Assembly: GCA_964537315.1 (NCBI GenBank)
Contig: CAZIAP010000001.1
Coordinates: 221,938 to 285,937 of the forward strand
Direction of reading: 5' to 3'
DNA length: 64,000 nucleotides
Source: an uncultured Gammaproteobacteria bacterium
Lineage (GTDB): Bacteria > Patescibacteriota > Microgenomatia > Levybacterales > GWA1-39-11
The notes under the pieces were generated by a model, which ran no database searches, was not told the DNA's origin, and saw nothing but the letters and a program-made list of their open reading frames with translations. Both the position numbers and the translations under genes were made by a program. The stretch's first letter is position 1. Every line of letters begins with the position of its first letter. Below are positions 42,493-52,284 of the stretch, in pieces.

Positions 42493-43572
42493 CTACCGGA
42501 TTTCTAAAAGCGAGTGTTTGTTCTTATCGCCTACCTGAGATATTATACCAAGAATAATAAAATTTGTAAGTAGTGAGCTTCCCCCGTACGAAACAAAAGG
42601 AAGAGTAATACCCACGATAGGCAACAGCGCCATATTCATCCCAATATTAAAGAATACATGAGTTAAAAATAAAAAGTAGAATCCCGAAAGTACTAAGTAC
42701 GTAAATGTATCATTCTGCAATAGTAACATTTGATATATCTTGTACAACAAAAAAATATAAACACTGATTAAAATAATTACGCCAATAAATCCTAGGTTTT
42801 CTGAAATTGTCGCAAAGATAAAATCAGTGTGTCGTTCAGGTAAAAACTGCAGTAAAGTCTGAGTTGAGTTACCGAACCCTTTTCCAAAAACTCCTCCACT
42901 ACCTATGGATATAAGAGACTGAATAGCGTTATACGAAATTCCATATGGATCATGAGTAATATCAAAAAAAGCTGTCAGGCGATCTTTTTGATACTGGTGC
43001 AGTGTGTGGTACAACAACGGAAGTGGAATTATTACGAAAAGGGCGCTTACAAAAAAATATGAAAAGGGGAAACCATACATAATTAGCATAAAAATAAAAC
43101 TAGATGTATAAACTAAAGCATTACCTAAATCAGGCTGTTTTAAGACTAAGAAAAATACAGGGGAAAATAAAAGTATACTTTTTAAATAAGTCCCAATAGT
43201 CTTTGATTTACTACTTGCCAAAAAATGCGCAATAAATATTAAAAAAAATGGCTTAACGACTTCTGAAACTTGAAGATTAAAACCGAATATTTCTATCCAC
43301 CTCGCTGAACCACGAGCCTCAATACCAATAAAAAATACTGCAAGCAGACCTATCAACCCAATCACGTATAAATACTTCGACAAAAATCCTATTGCTCGGT
43401 AATCAACGTGAAGAATCACAATATACGCCAGCATCGATGCAACTAAGGCGAATAGCTGTTGTTTAAATATTTGTATATCAAGAATATAAAATGAGACTAA
43501 ACCAAACACCACCAGAACGATAGCAGGGACTAGCAATGAAAAATTAATCTTTTTGTTGGAAACTTTATACAT
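42493..43572 (-). CDS. rodA: SEDS peptidoglycan polymerase RodA
   Basis: GSARWI, KQPDLG, QSLISIGSGG, FLPERHTDFIF, LPFVSYGGSS. Confidence 0.9.
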   Translation of the reverse strand: MYKVSNKKINFSLLVPAIVLVVFGLVSFYILDIQIFKQQLFALVASMLAYIVILHVDYRAIGFLSKYLYVIGLIGLLAVFFIGIEARGSARWIEIFGFNLQVSEVVKPFFLIFIAHFLASSKSKTIGTYLKSILLFSPVFFLVLKQPDLGNALVYTSSFIFMLIMYGFPFSYFFVSALFVIIPLPLLYHTLHQYQKDRLTAFFDITHDPYGISYNAIQSLISIGSGGVFGKGFGNSTQTLLQFLPERHTDFIFATISENLGFIGVIILISVYIFLLYKIYQMLLLQNDTFTYLVLSGFYFLFLTHVFFNIGMNMALLPIVGITLPFVSYGGSSLLTNFIILGIISQVGDKNKHSLLEIR

Positions 43573-46396
43573 TTTTCCGTATCACCCTGAAATTAGAGGA
43601 CTGGGTGAGCGTATCAATAAGTGCCTGTTTTTTTATTTCTTCCGTAAACTCTTCAGGCCACTCAGGTAATTCGACATCTACACGCTCGTCGAACGTTGTT
43701 CCTTGTACTTTACGCTCTTGCTGAATCTTTCTGATAATATCGCGCACCTGGCCTACAACTAAATCTTGATTTTCTTCACTCGTATCCCCAGAAACTGTGT
43801 ACTCTGATGACTTATTTGTAAACTCAATACTGTACACATTTACCTCAGCTTTTATTATGTCCTCAATTTCATCACTCAACTTCTTCGAACCACTATATGA
43901 AAGCTCGCGCAATGGTATTTTTACCTTTATAGCGTTTGATTTTCTAAATTCATGAGCTAACGATGCCACTTTGATTGCAGAGTCCATTTCTTCTTCTAGA
44001 TTAGGTAGTATCAAGTCAGACCTTACCTCAGGCCAAGTTGAGAGATGGACAGACTCCTCTTCAGTCAAGTTACGATAAATTTCTTCCGCTAAAAATGGTG
44101 TAATTGGTGCTAGGAGTTGAGATAGCGTAACTAAAACTTTATGTGTTGTGCTATAGAATGCATCTCTATCTTCTATGTTTTCTGCTACCGGTCCAACTCT
44201 TTCTCTACTTCTGCGTACATACCATGTAGACATCTGAGAAATAAACTCTTGTAGATGATCGATTGCTTCAATCGTATTATATTCATCCAAAGATTTCGTC
44301 ACACTCTCAATCGTACCGTTCAATTTGGATATGATCCATTGATCTAAGACATTAACAGTTAACTGTTCACCATTCTCATTTTTAGGAGACCAAGCGTCAA
44401 TATTTGCATATGTTACAAAAAAGTTATATACATTCCACAAAACAAGCATCATACCTCGAACTTGATTTCGATAGTTTTCTTCAGAAATTAGGATGTCTTC
44501 ACCTTTCATCACAGGACTTCCCATTAAATATAGCCTTAGCGCGTCTCCACCATATCTTTGAAGCATGACCTTAGGATCTGGGAAATTGTTGAAATTTTTG
44601 CTCATTTTACGACCGTCAGTGCCAAGAATTACACCTTCAACTAAGACATTCTTTGCAAGAAAGTTTTTACCGTCTTCTCTTAACTGTAACGCATTTGCGA
44701 TAACATGCATTACATAAAACCATGCGCGAATCTGACCAGTGTACTCAGCTATAAAATCAGGAGGAAAAAATGAGGTTAAATCTTGATTTTCTTCAAATGG
44801 AAAATGTCGTTCCGCAAACGTTGCACTACCTGCTTCTATCCAGCTATCTAATACTTCAGGCACTCTTTTGGCCTCTTTTCCACACTCTTCACACTTGACC
44901 TTCACCTTATCGATATCAGGCTTGTGCAAATTATCAATCTTTTGATCTGACGCAGACTCGAGTTCTTTAATAGAGCCAGGTACAAATCTATGTCCTTCTT
45001 CGCATTCCCAAACAGGAACGGGAGAGCCCCAATAGCGTGAGCGAGATATACACCAGTCAGGTGCAGCTTCCAAGCTTTTTTCAAACCTACCATACTTAAA
45101 ATGAGAAGGATACCAATTTACCATCTCATTGGTATTTTTCATCTCTTTTTTTAATGACTGGACATTTACATACCACGCGTTTTGAGGCGCAAAGTATAAG
45201 CGTGTATGACACCTCCAGCAAAGCGGGACTTTGTGTGGGAGTTCTTCATCATGATAAATAAGTCCTCTCTCTGCCAAATCCTGGTTCACAACCTTATTTG
45301 CTTTTAAGTAATACATTCCTCCAAACTTCGGAACATCAGGTTTTATAGTTCCCTCTTCATCAAGGTGCATTTCTATATGCACGTTCTGCTCTTTCATTAC
45401 CTTAAGATCCTCTTCACCGTAAGCAGCAATTGTGACTACTCCTGTACCTTCTTCGGCTGATACGAAATCGCCACCAATAATCTCAAATGCTTTTTCTCCA
45501 GGCTCAATTTTGTAATAATCGTAGTGTGGTATAAATTTTTTACCCAATAGATTCTCCCCTTTATATTGATCAATTATTTTGTACGTACCCTTGAGTACTT
45601 TTATTGTACTTTCTGCCAAGATGTATTTCTCTTCTCCTTGCTGAACCGTCACATATGTCAGCTCTGGGTTTACTGCAAGAGCGGGTGTAACAATCTTATT
45701 CCACGGAGTTGTAGACCACGCAAGAATGTATGTGTTTTCGTCATCGGCCAGTTGATATTTGTATGTGGTTGCATGATCTACTATCTCTTTATAGTTATCT
45801 GCGTCCATTGCAACCTCAAAGTTGGAAATAGGCGTAGAGCAATGAGGACAGTACAATGATACCCGTAGTCCTTTATATATATATCCACGTTCGTACATCT
45901 GCTTGAAAACCCACATAACTGATTCCATATAAGAAATATCCCAGGTTTTATAAGCATTTTTAAAGTCAACCCAGCGACCAATGTGATCAACATACCATTC
46001 CCATTCATCAGAAACCTGGTTTACATAATGGAGACAACGCTCAATAAATTTTTCTACTCCTACTTTCTCTTCAATATCTTTTTTCCTGGTAATACCCAGT
46101 TCTCCTTCAACTTTATTTTCAATTGGAAGTCCATGTCCGTCCCATCCCCATACACGGCGCACACGATATCCTTTCATTGTGTAATATCTACCAAACAAGT
46201 CTTTAGGAAGACTTGAAAGCAAACTACCGTAATGAGGAAGACCAGTCACGAATGGTGGCCCGTCTACAAGCGCCCAAGTTTTATTTTCAGGTCGTGACTC
46301 AATTGATTTCTCAAATATCTTGTTTTTTTTCCAATATTCGAGGACTGAACGTTCAAGTTCAGGAAAATTAACTTTTGGTGATGTAGGTTTGAACAT
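43565..46396 (-). CDS. ileS: Isoleucine--tRNA ligase (IleRS type 2-like)
   Basis: DGPPF..GLPHYG, GWDGHGLPIE, WSTTPW, DWCISRSRYWG, KMSK; no C-terminal zinc finger visible. Confidence 0.93.
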   Translation of the reverse strand: MFKPTSPKVNFPELERSVLEYWKKNKIFEKSIESRPENKTWALVDGPPFVTGLPHYGSLLSSLPKDLFGRYYTMKGYRVRRVWGWDGHGLPIENKVEGELGITRKKDIEEKVGVEKFIERCLHYVNQVSDEWEWYVDHIGRWVDFKNAYKTWDISYMESVMWVFKQMYERGYIYKGLRVSLYCPHCSTPISNFEVAMDADNYKEIVDHATTYKYQLADDENTYILAWSTTPWNKIVTPALAVNPELTYVTVQQGEEKYILAESTIKVLKGTYKIIDQYKGENLLGKKFIPHYDYYKIEPGEKAFEIIGGDFVSAEEGTGVVTIAAYGEEDLKVMKEQNVHIEMHLDEEGTIKPDVPKFGGMYYLKANKVVNQDLAERGLIYHDEELPHKVPLCWRCHTRLYFAPQNAWYVNVQSLKKEMKNTNEMVNWYPSHFKYGRFEKSLEAAPDWCISRSRYWGSPVPVWECEEGHRFVPGSIKELESASDQKIDNLHKPDIDKVKVKCEECGKEAKRVPEVLDSWIEAGSATFAERHFPFEENQDLTSFFPPDFIAEYTGQIRAWFYVMHVIANALQLREDGKNFLAKNVLVEGVILGTDGRKMSKNFNNFPDPKVMLQRYGGDALRLYLMGSPVMKGEDILISEENYRNQVRGMMLVLWNVYNFFVTYANIDAWSPKNENGEQLTVNVLDQWIISKLNGTIESVTKSLDEYNTIEAIDHLQEFISQMSTWYVRRSRERVGPVAENIEDRDAFYSTTHKVLVTLSQLLAPITPFLAEEIYRNLTEEESVHLSTWPEVRSDLILPNLEEEMDSAIKVASLAHEFRKSNAIKVKIPLRELSYSGSKKLSDEIEDIIKAEVNVYSIEFTNKSSEYTVSGDTSEENQDLVVGQVRDIIRKIQQERKVQGTTFDERVDVELPEWPEEFTEEIKKQALIDTLTQSSNFRVIRKNV

Positions 46397-46403
46397 AGCT
46401 ACA

Positions 46404-46489
46404 ATTGTATCCTAATCGGGGAATATTCTCAAGGATTTCTAAGCCTATAAGTCGCTGAAGTTGACATTATGTTTATTTAAACGGAAAAT
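46404..46489. promoter_or_regulatory. Divergent leaderless promoters for ileS and the adjacent membrane-protein gene
   Basis: Minus strand: TTGAGA (46427-32)-17-TACAAT (46404-09)-7-ATG. Plus strand: TTGACA (46461-66)-17-GAAAAT (46484-89)-7-GTG. Confidence 0.65.
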
Positions 46490-46496
46490 AAAAGTA

Positions 46497-47534
46497 GTGG
46501 AAAAAAGAGATACATTTATCAGAAATGTTCACCTAGGACAACTCCTGGAGAATTTTCTAATTGCAGCTGTCTCCAGTATCCTAATTATACGATTTTTCCT
46601 CGCCGTAACAGGCTATCCACAAATAAGTAATGAGACATTTCATATAGCTCACATGCTCTGGGGAGGCTTTTTACTTATGATAGCATTAGTACTTACCCTC
46701 TCTTTTTTGGGAAACCGTGTACTGCGAATAGCTTCGATTGTAGGTGGAATAGGCTTTGGTGTTTTTATAGATGAACTAGGTAAGTTTATAACGAGCGATA
46801 ACGACTATTTCTTTGAACCCACTGTAGCGATTATATACTTCGTTTTCTTGGCTCTAGCCTTCACTTTTCATTATCTTGAAAGACATCGCCCGCTTACAGA
46901 AAAGGAATATGTAATGAATGCTTTCCAACTTTTTGAAGAAGTGATAAGTAATGATATGGATAGAGAAGAAAAAAGAAAATTTATGCAGTACATCAAACAC
47001 GCAAAGCACTATCCTTTCGCGGAAGAACTGGAAGCACTGTCTAAAAAAATTGAGATTTCTCCAAGTAGAAAACCTAATTTTTTTCAACGTACCTATTACT
47101 CAATTATCGATTTCTTTGACACAATAATAGAAAAGCCACTATTCAGAAAATTTGTGATAGGTTTTTTTGTATTTCAGGTATTAGTGATGTTCTCCAATGT
47201 GTTTCTCATCGCGGCGTTTAGGATCGAAAATATTCCTCTTTTTATACCAGTTATATCTGATGAATTAACGATGCTAATTTACGGTGAGCTATTCTCTATT
47301 ATTCTTTCAGGGGTATTTGTAATTTTCGGTATTTTATTTTTCAGATTTTCAAGAGAACGAGCTTATGAAATGTTTAAGTATTCAGTAATCGTCTCTATAC
47401 TTATTACCCAATTTTTTGTATTTTATCGTGAACAATTTCAGGCATTAATAGGATTAACTATTAACATTATTGTGCTGCTTGTCATAAATTTTGTAATCGA
47501 GCATGAGAGGAAAAATAAATCCAAGGTGTCTTAA
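46497..47534 (+). CDS. Polytopic membrane protein of unknown function
   Basis: About 8-9 TM segments; LAVTGYPQI...HIAHMLWGG, GFGVFIDELGKFITSDNDYFF. The track's TTG start at 46461 is probably the -35 box; GTG 46497 preferred. Confidence 0.8.
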   Translation: MEKRDTFIRNVHLGQLLENFLIAAVSSILIIRFFLAVTGYPQISNETFHIAHMLWGGFLLMIALVLTLSFLGNRVLRIASIVGGIGFGVFIDELGKFITSDNDYFFEPTVAIIYFVFLALAFTFHYLERHRPLTEKEYVMNAFQLFEEVISNDMDREEKRKFMQYIKHAKHYPFAEELEALSKKIEISPSRKPNFFQRTYYSIIDFFDTIIEKPLFRKFVIGFFVFQVLVMFSNVFLIAAFRIENIPLFIPVISDELTMLIYGELFSIILSGVFVIFGILFFRFSRERAYEMFKYSVIVSILITQFFVFYREQFQALIGLTINIIVLLVINFVIEHERKNKSKVS

Positions 47535-47538
47535 AAAA

Positions 47539-48081
47539 CTAAAATAATTTTACCGAAACGGCAGTGTCCGCAAAAAATCCTGATTGCCACTTTTTATTAT
47601 CTTTTAGTGCGCGCACATATCTACCTCCAAGCGGATCTTTTACAAATAAATTCGCGGTCACAAGCAACCCTCTTTTTTTAAGTAACCGTTCAAAGTGAAT
47701 AAGAAACTTTAATGAAGGTGCGTAGCCATCGAAGAAAACCATATCAAACTCATCTGTGAGTTCAGGTAAAATTGCTTCTGCTTTTCCGTGATATACTTTA
47801 ATTCTTTCTTGAAGATTAAGAGATTTCCAGTTGTTCTGTGCAGTATCCAAATGTGATTGATCCTGATCAATTGTATGGATAGTTGAGGCGCTATTACCAA
47901 GCGCAAGACACGCGGCTGTATATCCTAGTCCTGTCCCTAGCTCTAAGATGTTTTGTGAGTTTGTAGCAGCAACAAGAGCTGTGAGTACGTCACCATGCTG
48001 ATATGGATACCCTCCACAGCGATGCTCTTCTCTATGAGACTGTGCATCGTCAAATATTGCAGAAAGCTGATCTGTATACAT
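47539..48081 (-). CDS. O-methyltransferase family protein
   Basis: ILELGTGLGYT, TIDQD, FDMVFFDG. Confidence 0.85.
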   Translation of the reverse strand: MYTDQLSAIFDDAQSHREEHRCGGYPYQHGDVLTALVAATNSQNILELGTGLGYTAACLALGNSASTIHTIDQDQSHLDTAQNNWKSLNLQERIKVYHGKAEAILPELTDEFDMVFFDGYAPSLKFLIHFERLLKKRGLLVTANLFVKDPLGGRYVRALKDNKKWQSGFFADTAVSVKLF

Positions 48082-48119
48082 AGTGAGTTATTATACAATA
48101 AAAATATAGACCTGAATGT

Positions 48120-49523
48120 CTATTCCTGCGTAGAAAAGAGAGATTCTAAAAATTTAAAGTCGTTTTCATTCAATGATCCAAAATAATATTTCATTTTTGC
48201 TTCGTAGCCTGATTTTCTTATTGCACACCATGATTGCATATAATCCCCTTCATAAACTTCAAATCTAGTTCCGTCTGTTTCTAATACTTTTACTTTTTCT
48301 GCAGGAAAACGATCTGACACATTTTTTTCAATGGTTTTAATCTTTTCTTCATCGTGGTCATTAAGTGAAACTGACCCTTGAATTCTTTTTCCGTCTGGAT
48401 GCCTCGCTCCTAGTTTTGAAAGTTTCCCGTTCACACTCATCCAGTACAAGATTCCGGCAATAGAAAAAGTTGCAGAGTCAGTCATAAAAAAATCTTTTAC
48501 ATAAAAATGCCCTACATTTTCTGCACCGAACTCAATTTTTCCGTCCTGTACCAGCTGGCGCACCAGAGACCTACCTACAGGAATAGGGGTAATGTCAATT
48601 AAACTAGATTTTTTAAGATCTACTGCAGTGTTATATAACGCAGGACCAACCTCGACTGCATATCCTACTGACTTTGAAGAAAACCCAAGCATGACAAGAG
48701 TTTGTATAAGACCGCTGGCAAGTATCGAACCATTCAAGTACTCTCCATTTTCATCAGCAGCAAGTACTCTATCCCCATCACTATCAAAAGCAAAACCACA
48801 GTCTAATCCATCAGCTTTTACTTTTTCAATAACCTGCTGCATATTTTTTAGTTCTGATGGATCAGCTTGGTGAGGAGTATTTGCATCGTATATTTTTCTG
48901 TCATTAATTCTAACAAACTCAACCTGAGGTAATAGCTTTTCTAATACTGAAAGAGATCGTGATCCTGATCCGTCTCCAATGTCCACCGCAATTTTAAAAT
49001 TTTTTATCTCATGCAATGGAATTAAATCTTTAATTTTTTTCGCATAGACATCTTCTATCGGAGATAAAAAGTCAGTACAGTGTGAGAGATCGTCAGAGGG
49101 GTTGGAGTATTCAATAGATTGAGCAAGGTAATAATCTTCAACTACTTTACTTACGATCTCTCCCTGAAGTGATGATCCATGCTTTGTATGAATTAGTAAA
49201 CCTGTCCAATTCCAAGGATTATGAGACGCAGTAAACATAATAGACAAGTCAAAATCAAATTGATACGCTCCTGCTGTTACGTAATCGATAGGTACTTTAT
49301 CCATATAGCTTACTTCTACTTGTTTATCATTTAAAGCGTGAATAAAGTTTAATGCAAGCGACTTGCTCGACTCCCTAGTATCCCAACCAATAAGTACTTT
49401 TTTAACCTCAAACGTACTGCAAAGAGCGTGCGCGAGATAGAATGCGTCAGAGTCTTTTATATCCTGGTTATATACACCACGGAAATCGAATTTTTTTACA
49501 AATGGAGGTGTCTTGTCGGGCAT
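48120..49523 (-). CDS. Alpha-D-phosphohexomutase (PMM/PGM/GlmM family)
   Basis: DFRG, TASHNP (catalytic Ser), FDSDGDR metal loop, GAENVGH. Confidence 0.9.
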   Translation of the reverse strand: MPDKTPPFVKKFDFRGVYNQDIKDSDAFYLAHALCSTFEVKKVLIGWDTRESSKSLALNFIHALNDKQVEVSYMDKVPIDYVTAGAYQFDFDLSIMFTASHNPWNWTGLLIHTKHGSSLQGEIVSKVVEDYYLAQSIEYSNPSDDLSHCTDFLSPIEDVYAKKIKDLIPLHEIKNFKIAVDIGDGSGSRSLSVLEKLLPQVEFVRINDRKIYDANTPHQADPSELKNMQQVIEKVKADGLDCGFAFDSDGDRVLAADENGEYLNGSILASGLIQTLVMLGFSSKSVGYAVEVGPALYNTAVDLKKSSLIDITPIPVGRSLVRQLVQDGKIEFGAENVGHFYVKDFFMTDSATFSIAGILYWMSVNGKLSKLGARHPDGKRIQGSVSLNDHDEEKIKTIEKNVSDRFPAEKVKVLETDGTRFEVYEGDYMQSWCAIRKSGYEAKMKYYFGSLNENDFKFLESLFSTQE

Positions 49524-49587
49524 GGCAACCATTCCATTGTAGCATGAGACGACCGCCTTTTTCTATTAATTATATTTAAGGTTATTT

Positions 49588-49638
49588 AAGGTTGAACCTT
49601 AATTGCCAGAAATTTAAAGCTAACCAAGGTTCAACCTT
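49588..49638. repeat. REP-like palindrome doublet, left of the RAYT gene
   Basis: AAGGTTGAACCTT (49588-600), 25 nt, AAGGTTCAACCTT (49626-38). Confidence 0.85.
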
Positions 49639-49643
49639 TATTG

Positions 49644-50312
49644 CTATTCTTTTTCTAAAGTCATTGATCCTAAAATATCAGAAGAATCACCTGCATAGTC
49701 CTCTACAAAGCTTTTATAAGAATTAATTTTATAGTTATCTATAGAGGCATTAAAGTATCGTAAAACTTCATGAGGTTTGATCCAACTTGCATTTCTCATT
49801 CCAAGATAATAAGAGTAGCTTGAATATTTATTAAATTCTAATTTTTCATTTGAAAGATTGATAGGATTTAAATGAATATATCGACTGAGATGCAAAAGGT
49901 AAGAATCTTGATCGATTATGCATGCCTTGTATATGCTTTCAAATAAAGGTCCCCTCCTGTGGTATTTGCTATTAAAATACATTACATAGGCTGTAATTAA
50001 CCTCTTCATAAACTTTGTAATACCAACATTAGTGTGTTGTTTAAGAAGTAAATGAAAATGGTTCGGCATTAGAGAAAATGCCAGCATATCAACTTGTGTA
50101 GACAAATTCATAGAAAGAAATCTCAGTATTCTTTTGTCTTGCTGTAAAAGAATTTGTATATCATCTTTAGGAGATAAATAAATTGATATATAGTATAAGA
50201 AAACTTTACAATCTTGTTCATCTATAAATATATTTCGCTTGTCTATTCCTCGATTGTAAACATGATAATACCCGTTCTCTATATAACTTTTTATGATATT
50301 TCTTGAAGGCAT
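49644..50312 (-). mobile_element. REP-associated tyrosine transposase (RAYT; HUH/Y1_Tnp, IS200/IS605 superfamily)
   Basis: YYHVYNRG...IF, LMPNHFHLL (HUH motif), YVMYFN, GPLF, RYIHLNP (catalytic Tyr), YSSY; flanked by palindromes. Confidence 0.9.
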
Positions 50313-50328
50313 AATTTAATATTCAATC

Positions 50329-50379
50329 AAGGTTGATCCTTTGTCAAGCACGATAATTGTTCTATCAAGGTTCAACCTT
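50329..50379. repeat. REP-like palindrome doublet, right of the RAYT gene
   Basis: AAGGTTGATCCTT (50329-41), 25 nt, AAGGTTCAACCTT (50367-79). Confidence 0.85.
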
Positions 50380-50403
50380 TATAAATGGTGTATACTTAAA
50401 TTT

Positions 50404-51009
50404 ATGAAATCTTTTTCTCTTCCGTTAGCTCTAGTAGTTTTAGCTGTAGTCATAATTGCTACGCTTATTTTTAGAATTAAAAGTACAGGTAATGAGCCAT
50501 TTACTATGAATACATCCAATGTAGCTTCTGAAGACTGTATTCCTACTTTTGCTGATGGTGGTGGACCTTACTATCAAGAAAACTCACCTTTCAGAGAAAA
50601 AATTGTACCAGAAAATAATGAGGGCATAAAATTATTGGTATCAGGTAAAGTCTTGCTAAATGATTGTAAAACTCCAGTATCAAATGCTGTGATTGACATC
50701 TGGCAAGCAAATGAGTCAGGAGACTATCAAGACGAATGGTACAGAGGAAAAATAAATACAGACAATAAAGGTAGCTATTCCTTTGAAACTGTAGTTCCTA
50801 AAGGATATGGTGAAGGCACAGGATATAGGCCGCCACACATTCATTTTAAAATTTTTGTAGACGATCAAGAGATAATAACATCCCAGATGTTTTTTCCTGA
50901 AGTTAAAGGAACTCCTGGATTTGAGGATGCATACATTATGAAAGTAGAAGAAACGGAAAGAAGTGGAGACAGAATTTTAGAAGCAAATCACAATATTATT
51001 CTACCTTAA
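50404..51009 (+). CDS. Membrane-anchored intradiol ring-cleavage dioxygenase-like protein
   Basis: GPYY, VSGKV...C, IDIWQAN..GDY, YRPPHIHFK; N-terminal TM; start moved to 50404. Confidence 0.82.
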   Translation: MKSFSLPLALVVLAVVIIATLIFRIKSTGNEPFTMNTSNVASEDCIPTFADGGGPYYQENSPFREKIVPENNEGIKLLVSGKVLLNDCKTPVSNAVIDIWQANESGDYQDEWYRGKINTDNKGSYSFETVVPKGYGEGTGYRPPHIHFKIFVDDQEIITSQMFFPEVKGTPGFEDAYIMKVEETERSGDRILEANHNIILP

Positions 51010-51010
51010 A

Positions 51011-52168
51011 TTAATTCTTTTGTCTTAAAAACGCGGGGATGTCGAAGATGTCTTCATCTTCATCTTTTGGTTTTTCAGTCTGTGTAGGTTCAGGTTCATC
51101 TTGGTAGTTGTTATTTCCAAAGTAGTATGACCTATCACGACGTTCTTCAGGCTCTTGTTGACGGGCTTGATCTTCCTGTAGATCTCTACCAACCATCTGC
51201 TGTAATCTTCTTCTGGATTCATCAAATCCTGTTGCGATAACAGTAATCTTGATCTGATCGTGCAGATCTTCATCGATGGTAGCCCCAAAAATAATATTTG
51301 CGTCAGGATCAGCAGCTTTAGAGATAATCCTTGATGCTTCATCAACTTCTGCCATAGACAGATCTGAGCTTCCTGTAATATTAAAGAGTACGCCCCGTGC
51401 TCCATCCATAGAAACCTCAAGAAGAGGAGATGAAGTAGCTTGTTTTGCAGCAAGCTGTGCGCGATTTTCTCCTACACCCACACCAATACCCATAAGCGCA
51501 GTACCAGAATTGGACATAATGGATTTTACATCTGCAAAGTCTACATTAATAAGTCCTGATACCGTAATTAGATCTGAGATTCCTTGTACACCGTGAGTTA
51601 ATACAGAGTCTGCTACCTTGAAGGCTTCAAGCAGTGATAATTTTTTGTCGACAACCTCTAAAATTCGCTGATTTGGGATAACAATCAAGGTATCAACCTT
51701 ATCTTTCAGTTGCTCAATACCTTCTTCTGCAGAGACCATTCGGCGTGTTCCTTCAAACATAAATGGTTTTGTAACAACAGCAACAGTGAGCGCTCCTACC
51801 TCTTGTGCAACCTCAGCGATAACAGGCGTAGCACCGGTTCCGGTTCCTCCACCCATACCTGCTGTCAAAAACACCATATCTGATCCTTCGAGTAAATCTT
51901 TAATTTTTTCTCGGCTTTCCTCTGCTGCTTCCCTTCCCATCTCAGGATTTCCTCCAGATCCGAGACCACGAGTAAGATTTTCTCCAATTTGTACTTTGGT
52001 ATTTGCTTTAGAGTTAAGAAGAGCTTGCGCGTCAGTGTTTATACCAATGAAGTCAACGCCTGATATGGATCCGCTATCCACCATGGAATTAACAGCATTG
52101 TTACCTCCACCACCTACACCGATAACTCGTATCTTCGCAAAGCTTGCTGTTTGGGGCTTAATTAACAT
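51011..52168 (-). CDS. ftsZ: Cell division protein FtsZ
   Basis: [33 protein letters not shown]. Confidence 0.99.
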   Translation of the reverse strand: MLIKPQTASFAKIRVIGVGGGGNNAVNSMVDSGSISGVDFIGINTDAQALLNSKANTKVQIGENLTRGLGSGGNPEMGREAAEESREKIKDLLEGSDMVFLTAGMGGGTGTGATPVIAEVAQEVGALTVAVVTKPFMFEGTRRMVSAEEGIEQLKDKVDTLIVIPNQRILEVVDKKLSLLEAFKVADSVLTHGVQGISDLITVSGLINVDFADVKSIMSNSGTALMGIGVGVGENRAQLAAKQATSSPLLEVSMDGARGVLFNITGSSDLSMAEVDEASRIISKAADPDANIIFGATIDEDLHDQIKITVIATGFDESRRRLQQMVGRDLQEDQARQQEPEERRDRSYYFGNNNYQDEPEPTQTEKPKDEDEDIFDIPAFLRQKN

Positions 52169-52284
52169 AGGTTAAAACTTCACTTGATACTAGCACAATG
52201 ATGAGTCATTTGCAATAATTTATTGGGATATAGTATTCAATACTAGGTATAGCTAATGAAGTTTTATTATTCAATTCAGCTTTT

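Noticed and set aside
46397-46460. T-box riboswitch upstream of ileS
   Set aside because: The spacer is too short and the promoter lies 7 nt from the ATG.
49644-50312. Classical IS200/IS605 element with tnpB
   Set aside because: No tnpB is present; protein length and motifs (HVYNRG, YIHLNP, YSSY) fit the RAYT group.
52231-52245. Palindrome TAGTATT-C-AATACTA upstream of the ftsZ promoter
   Set aside because: AT-rich and single-copy, so it could arise by chance; does not match parS.
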